DNA of 64,000 nucleotides from Eledone cirrhosa (GCA_964016885.1 OZ024755.1:5208001-5272000); one strand, 5' to 3'; counted from the stretch's first letter, positions 37,687 through 52,148 are shown. The notes: a model not told the origin generated them from the sequence alone. Made by a program: numbers and translations.

Positions 37687-38419
37687 CAGGGTGTCCCCCA
37701 AAAATGTGTATACACTTTGATTATCTGTACAGACAATATTTATTAGAATACACAGCCTTGCCCTAAAATAAAATGATCTACAGACATAATTCAATTGTAA
37801 TAAAACACCCAAAAATGTTTACATAATTTAAATAATTGTTTCTACTTTTGGCACAAGGCCAGCAATTAACCAATGCATTACTGGTACTTTATTCTATCGA
37901 CCCCGGAAGGATGAAAGGCAAAGTTAACCTCGGCGGGATTTGAACTCAGATCATACAGGGAGGTAACTCTATGCTTCAAAGCTATATATAATTAAATAAT
38001 TACATAATGTAATTACATAATTACATTATATATAATTAAATAATTACATAACTCTATGCTTCAAAGCTATATATAATTACATAATTTAAATAATTGTTTC
38101 TACTTTTGGCACAAGGCCAGCAATTACCCAGTGCATTACTGGTACATAATTTAAATAATTGTTTCTACATTTGGCACAAGGCCAGCAATTATCCAGTACA
38201 TTACTGGTACTTTATTTTATCGACCCCGTAAGGATGAAAGGCAAAGTTAACCTCGGCGGGATTTGAACTCAGATCCTAAAGGGACGTAACTATGCTGAAA
38301 AAGCATGGCGTCCGACCCTCTACTTATACTGCCAAAAATAATGCATATAAAACAGAATTTATATCAATGCATTTATTTTTGCTGTTGAAATGTGTACACA
38401 TATTTTTGGGGATTCCCTG
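37687..38419. mobile_element. Tc1/mariner-type MITE containing nested, serially duplicated SINE 3' ends
   Basis: TIRs CAGGGTGTCCCCCAAAAATGTGTATACAC ... TGTGTACACATATTTTTGGGGATTCCCTG; SINE pieces at 37832-38335. Confidence 0.7.
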
Positions 38420-39151
38420 TGTATATATTTGTTTTGATTCTGTCTGTTAAAAGTACTCTCTGATCTGGAGAATACAAAGCTCAAAGTCCGTCTAGACATA
38501 GAAATAACTCTTCAGTGAATCTCTGCCTTTTTTTTACCCAAGTTCCATAACGTGCGTTATGACCCTCCACCCCGCTATGATCGGACAAAGCTAGTACAGA
38601 GTATAGTATAGCATATACACCCTCATGCTGAAGTTCATTCCCCACCGGTAGAACATGTGACCCCACCCTAAGAAACTCTGCTCTAGTTTCTTTCTCCACT
38701 ATAATTTTCACTATTATTCTGTATATATGTGTGTATGTCTGTATGTGGGCGCGTGTCTGTATGTATGTGTTTGTGTGTGCACATCAGTGTGCATATGCAT
38801 GAATGTGTGTGTGTGTGTGTATCTATGAGCGTTTACGTGTGTGAATGCGTCCGAATGCATCTGAACGAGTCTTGGACGAGTACACAATCACACAGGAAAG
38901 GAAAGGAAATTGTGTTCCAGAACTGTGGTGGAGGTCGTGGTGGGTGTGGTGTTGGTTGTGTCAGTGGTGTTGTTGTTGGTGATGCTGATGGTGGCGGTAA
39001 TGTTGGTGGTGGTGATGGTGGTGAATTTATAATATACCACGTTTGGAACAATTGAGAGGGCAGAGAAACACAACAGCTTCCATTGAAATTAGCATTGTTA
39101 GGCAACCAGTACATTGATACACATACACGTATACACACTTGCATAACACCC

Positions 39152-39186
<35 letters not shown>

Positions 39187-39770
39187 CATATACACACATA
39201 TATATATATACATATACACACACATACCCATTACATAATTTGCCATCATTTAAAGCTGAGAAGACAGTGTAGTGAAAAGATTACCGGATGTTCTCGTCAC
39301 AGCAACACCCAGACGACGGACGAGTTTAACGAGAGGGTGTTACACTGAATCCAGATTTCAGCTTCTCTCAAATTGGCTCTAATAAAGCTCAAAGGGCGTT
39401 GTCGGCCATTAAAAATGAGTTTCCACCTCTTCAAACCCACTTAATCATGGATAGAATTTTCTCAATTAATTTATAAAGTCACACCATTTAAAAATAAAAT
39501 AAAAAAAGGTCCGTGGCTTACTGGTTAGTGAGGTTCGTCTCAAGGGCGTGTGTTCGATTCTCAGTGACGTGTTTTATCCATGAGTAAGACACTATTTCAC
39601 GTTATTCAGATGAAAAAAAGAGAAAGAAAAAAGGTTGTACCTGTAATTCAAGGGTTAAACCCTCTCATTACCATATTTATAATGAAAGACGCTGCCAATG
39701 GTTTTCAAATCATGTCAAAAATAATCAGATTATGGGCGATTTAATATAACTTTCTCATTATTTCTCATTA

Positions 39771-39952
39771 TTGGCTGTATCGGTAGAGGATTGGATGTCA
39801 TGCTTTCTAGCATAGTTACGTCCCTTTACGGTCTGAGTTCAAATCCCGTCGAGGTTAACTTTGCCTTTCATCCTTACGGGGGTCGATAAAATAAAGTACC
39901 AGTAATGTACTGGGTAATTGCTGACCTTGTGCCAAAAGTAGAAACAATTATT
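39771..39952 (+). mobile_element. Young tRNA-SINE
   Basis: Family consensus. Confidence 0.85.
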
Positions 39953-40676
39953 ATAAAGAAAGCATTATTTCTCATTATCAAGCTGACGTTTGGAGCACAA
40001 CTTAACAAAGGTTCCTCTATAAGATTAGATAAATATGAACACTTTAAAGCAAATAGCCTTGTATCATAGAATTATTGGCAGTTTCGGGCGTATTGGTAAC
40101 AAAAGGGTTGTTTCATGCTTTTTTTATGTCACAAATATTCTTGAGAAAGGCATTCGTGACACTAAAGCCCATCCAATTAGATTCTTTCTGTTTATTTTTC
40201 TGATCAATATTTTCTCACGGAGCATTCACGTGACTTCTAAACTATTTAAAAATAGCAAATACCAAACTCCGCTTATCTTTGGTTGGAAAAGGACCATGCA
40301 CCTCTGCGGAGCACCTGTTAATCCTTATCTGTGTGTGTGCGCGCATGCGTGCGTGTGTGTTTGTATGTGTGTGTATGGGTGTGTGTGTATGCATACGTGT
40401 GTCTATGTGTGCGTGCACCCCTAGTGTGTGTATGTGTGTGTATATGCATGTGTGTGTGTGTTGCATCTGCTGCTTATCTTGGCATGTAGTCACGGAGATC
40501 AGAGACAGTAATCTTTTCAGATTTGTTCGTGTATATCGTTCTGTCCATGTCACATCTTCTTATAAGCGTTTCTATGCCTTTAAATATAGAGTAGTATATT
40601 AACCCTTCTCTGTCTACACTTGTGTCTGTTTAGTAAGAAAGAGCAGCAAGATTTCAGTCACAATCGAATATTATTG

Positions 40677-40862
40677 TGGATTGGCAGTATCGGTAGAGGG
40701 TCGGACGCCATGCTTTGACGCATAGAGTTACGGCCCTTTCCATTCTGAGTTCAAATCCCGCCGAGGTTAACTTTGCCTTTCATCCTTACGGGGTCGATAA
40801 AATAAAGTACCAGTAATGTACTGGGTAATTTCTGGCCTTGTGCCAATAGTAGAAACAATTAT
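40677..40862 (+). mobile_element. Young tRNA-SINE
   Basis: Family consensus, very close to 9926-10110. Confidence 0.9.
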
Positions 40863-40878
40863 TAGATATAAAACTCAC

Positions 40879-40941
<63 letters not shown>

Positions 40942-41694
40942 GGAGGTGAGTTTTATTGTAGTACAATAAAGCAATGCAGATATCGGATAAGAAGCACTCT
41001 GCAGTTTGTAGGACTGGAGTATACATAATATATAAGATCGAAAGATGGTTAAAGGAGTTCCATGTATTTTATTATGCGCATTTCAAAAACAAACATCATC
41101 ATGCAATAATATTTGTGTTTTCATCAGATAAAACAGGAGGACATGATATGAAGGCTAAAAAACACTTGTGGATAGTGCAGTTTTAAATCAACATATATAT
41201 ATATATATAGGAAATGCGTGTATGATTGCCTTTTAAGTGTATACACACACACATATATATGTGTACACACACATGTACATATGTGTATGCGCACTCTTGT
41301 TTCTATTTGTATGTGAATATGTTTACATTAATCTATGTAAAAAAATGAGTGGTCTCTGTTTATGCAAAGAGAGGGAGAGAGGGAGAGAGAGGGAGTGGGG
41401 GGGGGAGAGAGGGAGAGAGTGACGTGTGTATATTTATTAGTATTATTACACACTTGTTTTGACTTACTGAAATGTGTCTGAAAATATTGGCTCATGACCA
41501 ACCAAGTGTGTTCATACACACACACACACCACACACACGCGCACACGTACGCACACCCACCACACGCGCACGCATACCCACCCACCCACACCACACACCC
41601 ACACCACCCACACCACACACACGCCACACGCACACACACCACACACACCACACACCCACCACACCCACACCCACACCCACACCCACACACATAC

Positions 41695-41725
<31 letters not shown>

Positions 41726-41807
41726 ATAATATGTGCACGTGACACATATAAGTATACATACACATACATATATCATAAGAGTGAACGAGAGAATCTAAAT
41801 TGTATCA

Positions 41808-41854
<47 letters not shown>

Positions 41855-42356
41855 TATATGAGAGAGAGACGTAGATATATATAGAGAGAGACTTAGAGAG
41901 AGGGTGTGTGTTTGTATATATATATATATATATATATATATGACAGAGAGGTAAAGAGAGAAAGATGTAGAGAGAGGGGTAGAGAGAGAGAGAGAGGGCA
42001 TCTAAAGTGTGTCTGTAAACATTTAACTTTTGGTGAAATAGAAATAAACAATAATTGTACCTTCGAGACATATTTATCTTATCATACAACATACGCCACC
42101 TAGTAACGGCCATATTTGGTGAGAATCTTCAATAATAATAATAATATCAACACCACCACCACCACCACCACCTATACCACTACCAATAAAAACGGCAACA
42201 CCACCACCACCTATACCACCAATAAAAACAGCAACAACACCACCACCACTTATACCACTACCGTCACCACCACCTATTGAAATACCACCTGTACCATACC
42301 ACCACCAATAAAAACACCTATACACCCCACCACCACCACAACAATAATGATAAATG

Positions 42357-42416
<60 letters not shown>

Positions 42417-42522
42417 AATAATGATAAAAACACATCATAAAAAACTAAACATTCACACAAAAAGAAAAAGGAAGAAAAAAAAAATGAAGATGGTATTTTA
42501 AAATAAGGCAGGATCTCCTGTT

Positions 42523-42705
42523 TGGCAGTATCAGTAGAGGGTCGGACGCCATGCTTTCCAGCATAGTTACGTCCCTTTACGGTCTGAGTTCAAATCCCGT
42601 CGAGGTTAACTTTGCCTTTCATTCTTACGGGGTCGATAAAATAAAGTACCAGTAATACACTGGGATAATTGCTGGTCTTGTGCCAAAAGTAGAAACAATT
42701 ATTAT
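42523..42705 (+). mobile_element. Young tRNA-SINE with (ATT)n tail
   Basis: Family consensus. Confidence 0.85.
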
Positions 42706-42787
42706 TATTATTATCTCATTATTGGCCATAAGGGCCAACACATTAAGTAATCATTATTACACAAATAAATAGATACATAACAAACAA

Positions 42788-42835
<48 letters not shown>

Positions 42836-43123
42836 AATACTTCGTTTCTCAATGATTTATCTGTTGTCTACTGGGTTGGGGAGGAAATTAATGGAGATAT
42901 AATGTTTTCATCAAGTTTGCTTATTTTCTGACTTTAGATTCCTCTTAAGTTAGATGTTGCCATTAAGTAGGGGCTATCAGGGAAGAACTGAATTTACATA
43001 CGAGTTAATGGAAGGGGTGAGTTAGTTTAGTGATTAAAGCTTTCAGTTGACGATGGTAAGGTGGTAAGTTCTATTCCCGGACGGTGTGATTGTCATAAAG
43101 TAAAAGCCGTGTCAGAGTAGTAC

Positions 43124-43825
43124 TGGGTCAAAAGTCTTAACAACGACCCTAAGGTACATAAACATGATAGTGGGTGTTGGTCGAAAGTCTTCACAACGAC
43201 CCTAAGGTAGATATAGTGGTCACAACGACCCTAAGGTAGATAGTGGGTGTTGGTCGAAAGTCTTAACAATGACCCTAAGGTACATATAAAAGAGAGTGGG
43301 TGTTGGTCGATAGTCTTCAAAACGACCCTAAGGTACATACAGATGATAGTGGGTGTTGATCAAAAGTCTTAACAATGACCCTAAGGTACATACAGATGAT
43401 AGTGGGTGTTGATCAAAAGTCTTAACAATGACCCTAAGGTACATACAGATGATAGTGGGTGTTGGTCGAAAGTCTTAACAATGACCCTAAGGTACATACA
43501 GATGATAGTGGGTGTTGGTCGAAAGTCTTCACAACGACACTAAGGTACATACAAACGATAGTGGGTGTTGGTCGAAATTCTTATCAACGACCCTAAGGTA
43601 CATACAGATGATAGTGGGTGTTGGTCGAAATTCTTATCAACGACCCTAAGGTACATACAGATGATAGTGGGTGTTGGTCGAAATTCTTATCAACGACCCT
43701 AAGGTACATACAGATGATAGTGGGTGTTGGTCGAAATTCTTATCAACGACCCTAAGGTACATACAGATGATAGTGGGTGTTGATCAAAAGTCTTAACAAT
43801 GACCTTAAGGTTCATGGACATGATA
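43124..43825. repeat. 53-bp minisatellite, ~13 units
   Basis: GATAGTGGGTGTTGGTCGAAA(G/T)TCTTA(A/T)CAA(C/T)GACCCTAAGGTACATACAGAT; period 53 (43561 to 43614). Confidence 0.95.
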
Positions 43826-44086
43826 GAGGATGCAAGGAAATGACATTGAGTTAAAGGATGTCACTGAGGAACGGTGAACGTTGCGTAATACAATGTTCGC
43901 CTTTATCCTTTTCAGATCTGGCAACATGTTGCAGTCATCATTGTTGGTGGCGAGGGTGGAGCGAATGCTTCAAGTAGAGATAAGAATAGAAACAATGGGA
44001 TGAAAGAGAGGAGGATATAACATGACGGCTAGTTTCAGGGAACCGGACTTCTTTTCTCTTCAAGTGTATTGTATTGTCTAGTTTAG

Positions 44087-44116
44087 ACAATATATATATT
44101 TTTCATCATCATCATG

Positions 44117-44174
<58 letters not shown>

Positions 44175-44180
44175 CTATTC

Positions 44181-44233
<53 letters not shown>

Positions 44234-44239
44234 CTATTC

Positions 44240-44280
<41 letters not shown>

Positions 44281-44315
44281 CTATTCGTATATATATATAT
44301 ATATATTGTCTATGC

Positions 44316-44376
<61 letters not shown>

Positions 44377-44663
44377 GTCGTATATATATATATATATACA
44401 TATAGTCGTATATATATATATATATATATACATATAGTCGTATATATATATATATATATATACATATAGTCGTATATATATATATATATATATATACATA
44501 TAGTCGTATATATATATATATATATATACATATAGTCGTATATATATATATATATATACATATAGTCGTATATATATATATATATACATACATATAGTCG
44601 TATATATATATATATATACATATAGTCGTATATATATATATATATACATACATACATATAGTC

Positions 44664-44745
<82 letters not shown>

Positions 44746-44766
44746 ATATATATATACATATAGTCG
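44087..44766. repeat. (TA)n array punctuated by TTGTCTAT(T/G)CG (x4) and CATATAGTCG (x11)
   Basis: Fixed 10-11-nt motifs separated by variable-length TA runs. Confidence 0.9.
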
Positions 44767-44875
44767 TGTATACGGCTATATATAAGTTGACTGAACCAGC
44801 ATGGGTTTCACTGCTAGTACCAGTTGCATCTCAGCGTACTCAATAGGTAATGTTCAGTGAGCTCCCATAATAATA

Positions 44876-45885
44876 AGAGTTTCTGATTTAGATACAAAAC
44901 CAGAAATTTGAAAGGGAGGGGAAGTCGATTAAATCGACCCCAGTGTATTACTGGTACTTTATTTATCGACCCCGTAAGGATGAAAGGCAAAGTCAACCTC
45001 GACGGGATTTGAACTCAGATCGTAAAGGGACGTAACTGTGCTGCAAAGCATCAGAGTAATAACATTCGTTAGACGGCATGACAAATTGAAGACTGTATAT
45101 ATGTGTACATACACACACAATCTGTAATATCTCTCTTTCCAATCTTACTGTCTTACGCACCTCATCCTTATAGAGTGTGCTGAAATATACCTGATACGCT
45201 TAAAGCTGCTATTCAGGAAAACAACCAACCAACCAACCAAATCAGTGATAATACTGGTGGCCGATGAATCTATTCAGTTAAGTTCTCTGGTTACCTATTC
45301 AGACTTTTTTTGTCAACCTCGATTAACTGACATGTGTTGTGGGAAGGTTATCCGGTAAACTGACCTCTCGTCGGCATGTTGGTATGTGGAAACTATTTCA
45401 AACTATTCCTCTTAACCGCTTCCCGACAAAATAAGAGAGACGAGGATGTGAAATATCTGATGATGGCAATAATAATAATTGTTTCTACTTTTGGCACAAG
45501 GCCAGCAATTACCCTCAGTGTATTACTGGTACTTTATTTTATCGACCCCCGTAAGGATGAAAGGCAAAGTTAACCTCGGCGGGATTTGAACTCACAATGA
45601 CAAGGGCCGTAACTCTATGCGTCAAAGTATGGCGTCCGACCCTCTACCGATACTGCCAATCCAAAATAATGGTTTCTGATTTAGACACAAGGCCAACAAT
45701 TTTAATTTGAAGAGAAAGTCGATTAATTCCACTCCAGTGTATTACTGGTACTTTATTTTATCGACCCTGTAAGGATGAAAGGCAAAGATAACCTCGGCGG
45801 GATTTGAACTCGGACATAAAAGACCGTAACTGTATGATATGCCTCAAAGCATGTTGTTCGACACACTACCGATTCTGCCAACCCA
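44876..45885 (-). mobile_element. Three minus-strand tRNA-SINE copies (44876-45050, 45475-45662, 45668-45885)
   Basis: Family consensus on the reverse strand. Confidence 0.85.
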
Positions 45886-46307
45886 CTGCCATAAATTACA
45901 ACTCTGTTATACAATTTTCTGATTTTTGTCTATTCATTTCATTTTTTTTTTTTTACCGATTACTTTCTCTACATGTCTGGGGTCTGTCTATAAGGATTCC
46001 ACGAAGAGGGTCGCTGGTCTAAAATCTTCGCGGCCCCTTAACATAGATACTGTGAAATATTTACCAATAGGAAATATACACACATAACTCTTCCCCTCCT
46101 ACACAACGGCGCACTTCAATCAATTACAGAATCATGAGAATTTAACTTTCCTCCCGAAACTAACCTAAACTGTTTTCCTATTTTGTCACTGCTCTGGTCT
46201 AAATAGATATATGCCCCAGTGTTAATACCACCTACACATTTTTTTGTCAGTTTTCTCATTGAGTATTGTATAGTCTATGTGTGTGTATATATATATATAT
46301 ATCAAAA

Positions 46308-46452
<145 letters not shown>

Positions 46453-46890
46453 CTAATGATTGACTGTGTCGCCATTCGTTTTTCTCGCGGATGTTTACCT
46501 TTTCAGCCGATATACCCCATCAAAAGATACACGCACGTACGTGTACATAGATGTACGTGTACGCATGTGGAGAGAGAGAGAGATGATGATGATCAACTGT
46601 GTGACAGTTCAGTTTTCTCGCCACTTAAGATTCTTTTTTCAGGCAACAAAGAATGCCGCCTGAGGATGTCAGTTGGAGAGTGGTTCATAGGATTTGAACG
46701 AATAAATTCTCTTAAAATGTATTGAGTATCCTTTCTCCCATTTACCCCCTCTCTCTCTCTCTCTCTCACTGATCACCTCTCTGCAACTCTCCTCTGACAC
46801 CCACACACCCACACCCACACCCACACCACACCACACCACACCACACCACACCACACCACACCACACCACACCACACCACACCACACCACA

Positions 46891-46931
<41 letters not shown>

Positions 46932-47211
46932 CTCTCTCTCTCTCTCTCAAAATAATATTTAACGAGAAGAGATCGGTTGTGTTCAGAGTTGAAGAATCAA
47001 AATAGGCTCTAAATGGTATATAACGATGGCGTCCCTAAGACTCCTCCAGTGGCATGTCATATACATGACAGGCTTCCGGCCAATTTCCTTCTCCCCCTTC
47101 TCTCTCTGAGGGAGAGACCAACAACATGTAAAGACAGTATTGTCCAGAGAAACTCTGTACCAACATACAAGACACAAACACACTCTCTCTCTCTCTTTCT
47201 CTCTCCGAGGA

Positions 47212-47276
<65 letters not shown>

Positions 47277-48885
47277 AACCTACAAGACAGACATATTGTT
47301 TATAGCGACACCTACATATTCAAATTTAAGATTCCGCTAATAATCTCCCAGAACTAAAAAGGCTACGTTTTATTATTACGACATACCCACACCAGCGCGC
47401 ACTCTGTACACACGCACGACGGGCTTCCACAGAGTTTCCACCTACCAAATGTTCTAAGACGTTGTTATATGTTGTTATATGTTGCTAGATGTTGTGAGAT
47501 ATTGTTGTTAGGTGTCGTGAAATATAAGAAGACGTATTGTGGAGGAATGGTGAGTGTGTGTGTGTAGAGGAATGGTGGGTGTGTGTGTGTGTGTCTGCTT
47601 ACTGACAGTGTGTAGACAGAAATGGTGTGTGTGTTTACTGATAGTGTGTGTGTTTACTGATAGTGTGTGTATGTTTACTGATAGTGTGTATGTGTGTGTG
47701 TGTGTATGTTTACTGATTGTGTGTGTGTGTGTTTACTGACAGCCAAAGAACAGAATAATGTTGTTCTTGAAACCAGGCAAGTAGGTTAAGGTCTTAAGAC
47801 GTGTCTTATAGAAACTATTCCTTTCTTTCTCTCTTTCTCTCCCCCACCCTACCCCTCTCGCTCTCTCCCTCTACCCCCCTCTCTCTTCCCCTTCCCCTAC
47901 CCCCGCTCTCTCTCCGTCTTCTTCAATCGATCCAAACAAATTAAAGGACGAGAGAACATCTTAACTATAATAAAGAAAGGTCTGCGGGATTGCGTCCAGA
48001 ATATATTTTTTACCCCGTTTGTAAAATAAGTTGGATTTCTTTGAATAAATAATTGTTTCTACTTTTGGCACAAGGCCAGCAATTACCCAGTGCATTACTG
48101 GTACTTTAATTACTTTGAATAAATAATGAATGGATATTACATAATTTATGTGCTAAATTTCGTGGCTGTTGATTAAATATATTTTATAGCTTATTTAAAA
48201 ATCTTTCAAATTCACTTCTTTAAAATGTTCAAATGTCAACACTTCCGGTTAGCGTCTGTTATATTATAACACACATAAAAATATCGTATATACTTCCGTC
48301 GCTAATTTTCTCCTAATGCAGTTTATATATAATATCGTCTTTTTTAAAATGTACCATGGATTACGTTACTGATTACATAAGACAGTGTAACGCAGTCTTC
48401 GTTCAATTTCTCTGTATATTGTTAATTACAATTTTATTTGATGTATCATATCTACATGTATATATACCTGCGTATAATATCAATATACACACTACACATG
48501 CTAGCAGAAAACCACCCGTAGGGTGGTGTTTCTGCTAGTTGTATTAGAGATTGACTAATTTTGATTTCGTAGTTTTAGTATTTCATACTCTACAGTGTGT
48601 GTTGAATTTCTTTTGCAAGATTTCTTATCTGGAAACGTGGGTTGAAACAGATATTGTTATAATTTGGGAGTAAAATATGCTGATGGACAATTAGACAATT
48701 AAACGAACGCACAGAAGCTCATGCACAAACAGAAGAAAACAGTGATAATCACTGAAGATGTCACAGAAATGTGACGAAAGAACTTTGATAAATTATATTT
48801 ATATTTTTAACTGTTAGTCAATCAATGATAAATATTGATTGTCAGCTAAATTATTTATAGAAATATACTATTTTTTGGCTATATA

Positions 48886-48996
48886 TGTAGCTGAGTGGTT
48901 AGACAATTGGATTCGCAATCGGTAGGTTGTGAGTTCGATTCCAAGACCGGGTGATGCGTTTGTCCTTGATCAAGACACTTTATTTCACGTTGCTCC
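48886..48996 (+). mobile_element. tRNA/CORE-like SINE head
   Basis: TAGCTGAGTGGTTAGA (A box), GAGTTCGATTCC (B box), GTCCTTGATCAAGACACTTTATTTCACGTTGCTCC. Confidence 0.7.
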
Positions 48997-49568
48997 TTCT
49001 ACCTGGAGTTGCGACCGTTAGATAGTATTAGCAATTGGAAAGACCAATGGAAACATTGTTTCCTCGGTCCGATTTGACGAAAATCGATCGTTCCTAGGAC
49101 AACCTGACCCTCCTCAAATATAACAATAAACTTTAAAACTTTCTTCTCAAGTCTCTTTAATCAACTCCTTTAACTTGTTTGTGACAAATTGGGGTAATCG
49201 TCTTGGAGAAAGACATTCCACCATGTTTCCACAATTGTGTCGCCTGTTTGATCATAACCACTACATACTTCCTTCTCTCAACTAATCTTGGCATTCCTCT
49301 TGACCAAAGCGGTTAACGTTCTCAGAAATCGGAATGTCGAGTATCTAGAGATTGACGAAGCGGAAGAACGTTTAATAGGTGAACAACAATTCACACAAGC
49401 CTTAAGATCACTTACTGAGGCAGCTGTATAAGTGGAGCCTAGAGGCGTAGGTGTTGGATACGCAATCAAAAGGTTGTGGGTTCTATGATTGGACCGGCCC
49501 GCGTGTTCTGTTCTTCAGCAATATGCTTTATTTGACGTTTTTCATGATATGGCTGGGGCCCATATAAT

Positions 49569-49758
49569 CGTTTCTACTTTTGGCACAAGGCCATCAATTA
49601 TCCCAGTGCATTACTGGTACTTTATTTTATCGACCCCCGTAAGGATGAAAGGCAAAGTTAACCTCGGCGGGATTTGAACTCAGATCATAAAGGGAGGTAA
49701 CTCTATGCTTTAAAGCATGGCGTCCGACCCTCTATCGATACTTACAATCCACCGCCCT
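49569..49758 (-). mobile_element. Full-length (~190 bp) young SINE with 15-bp TSD
   Basis: TSD TGGGGCCCATATAAT at 49554-49568 and 49759-49773 defines the element ends. Confidence 0.92.
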
Positions 49759-50738
49759 TGGGGCCCATATAATTAAAACATTAAAAACTTCATGAGATAC
49801 GCTATAGGAGACCAATTAAACCTTGCATTTCCACTCATTTATAACATAGCAGTAGCCGCTTTTTAAAGCACCCTCCGCCCTCTCACCGTGACCAACAATT
49901 ATTTCGGTTTGCTGAGGTTACACAAAGCACAAGTATGTCCCACACTAGAGTATTGTACACATATCTGAAATCGAGCAGCTTCCACACACACACACACACA
50001 CACACACATTTTCACACACACACACACACACAGTTTCACACACACACACACACACTTTCACACACTTTCACTCTCTCTCTCTCTCACACACACACACTTT
50101 CACACACACACACATTTTCACACACTTTCACACACTTTCACACTCTTTCACACTCTCACAGACGTTCACACGCACACTTTCACACTCTCTCTCGCACACA
50201 CTTTCATACGCGCGCACACACACACACACACACGAGGAAAGAGAAGCTATTCTACTACTTGGCAAACTTTCAATTTCTATTACATGGTTGCTCTATATTC
50301 ACCATTCCTACGGCTGCGTGGTTAACGAGTTCGCTTGTCAACCACGTCGCTTTGGGTTTAGTCAAATTGCGTTGCACCTTGGCCAAATGTCTTCTGCTGT
50401 AACCCTCGGGTTTCAGGTGACCACAATGACTGAGTGGAAAGTCAGTTATGCTCTCGTCCAGCCTGTGAGACTTACCGAGTCTCGTGTGACCACAATGACT
50501 GAGTGGAGAGTCAGTTCTGCTCTCGGTCAACCTGTGATTCTCATTTGGTTTCTTATGATTTTAATCTTTTAGCTTCACGATCTTCACTTAATCGTAAAGA
50601 TCACTCTTCAGGCGTCATCAGCGATCTTAGTAATGCTTTCCTGCTGGCCACGAAAGTAATAAACAATTAGGTTGGTGTTCTGTGTTAAAAGGAACTATAA
50701 TTTACAGACTCACCATTACTATATAAGCGAATATTTGT

Positions 50739-50917
50739 AATAATTGTTTCTACTTTTGGCACAAGGCCAGCAATTACCCAGTACATTACTGGTACTTTAT
50801 TTTATCGACCCGAAAACATGAAAGGCAAAGTTAACCTCGGCGGGATTTGAACTCAGTCCGTAAAGGGACGTAACTATGCTGGAATGCATGGCGTCCGACT
50901 CTCTACTGATACTGCCA
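50739..50917 (-). mobile_element. Young tRNA-SINE
   Basis: Family consensus. Confidence 0.85.
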
Positions 50918-51102
50918 ACAAATAAATGTAAAATAAATATTTAAAATCTTAAAGAAAGATAACTCTAAATCAAAGGGAAATAACCCAGTATTGTCTAACA
51001 AGGGAAATAATTCAAACTAGTAGGTTAAATTATTTTCAAGGGAAATAACTTACCTGTATTAAAAGGGTTTAGATAATATTTACAATCGGAAAATAATCGT
51101 TT

Positions 51103-52148
51103 ACTCGCTCTCTCGCTCTCTCTCTCGCTCTCTCGCTCTCTCTCTCGCTCTCTCGCTCTCTCGCTCTCTCTCTCGCTCTCTCTCTCGCTCTCTCTCTCGC
51201 TCTCTCTCTCGCTCTCTCTCTCGCTCTCTCTCTCTCTCTCGCGCTCTCTCTCTCTCGCGCGCTCTCTCTCTCGCGCTCTCTCTCGCGCTCTCTCTCGCGT
51301 TCTCTCTCGCGCTCTCTCTCGCGTTCTCTCTCGCGCTCTCTCTCTCTCGCGTTCTCTCTCGCGCTCTCTCTCTCTCGCGTTCTCTCTCGCGCTCTCTCTC
51401 GCGCTCTCTCTCGCTCTCTCTCTCGCTCTCTCTCTTGCGCTTTCTCTCTTGCGCTTTCTCTCTCGCGCTTTCTCTCTCGCGCTTTCTCTCTCGCGCTTTC
51501 TCTCTCGCGCTTTCTCTCTCGCGCTCTCTCTCTCTCTGCGTTCTCTCTCTCTCGCGCTCTCTCTCGCGCTCTCTCTCTCGCTCGCGCTCTCTCTCGCTCG
51601 CGCTCTCTCTCGCTCGCGCTCTCTCTCTCTCGCGCTCTCTCTCTCGCTATCTCTCTCTCTCGCGCTCTCTCTCTCGCGCTCTCTCTCTCGCTCTCTCTCT
51701 CGCGCTCTCTCTCGCTCTCTCTCTCGCTCTCTCTCTCTCGCTCTCTCTCTCTCGCTCTCTCGCGCTCTCTCTCGCTCTCTCTCTCTCGCTCTCTCTCGCT
51801 CGCTCTCTCGCTCTCTCTCGCTCTCTCTCGCTCGCTCGCTCTCTCTCTCGCTCTTTCTCACTCTCTCTCGCTCTTTCTCACTCTCTCTCGCTCTCTCTCT
51901 CTCGCTCTCTCTCTCTCTCGCTCGCTCTTTCTCTCTCGCTCTTTCTCTCTCGCTCTTTCTTTCTCGCTCTTTCTCTCTCGCTCTCTCGCTCTTTCTCTCT
52001 CGCTCTCTCGCTCTCGCTCTCTCGCTCGCTCTCTCGCTCGCTCTCTCGCTCGCTCTCTCGCTCTCTCTCTCGCTCTCTTTCTCGCTCTCTCTCTTTCTCG
52101 CCCTCTCTCTCTCTCGCTCTTTCTCGCTCTCTCTCTCCCTCGCTCGCT
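51103..52148. repeat. ~1-kb (CT)n array interrupted by CG/CGCG
   Basis: CTCTCTCGCGCTCTC-type units; source of the 441-aa ER/SL pseudo-ORFs. Confidence 0.95.

Noticed and set aside
43124-43825. CRISPR-like periodicity (also 53090-54090, 57283-57610, 44087-44766)
   Set aside because: Units are head-to-tail with no unique spacers, there are no cas genes, and the context is eukaryotic.
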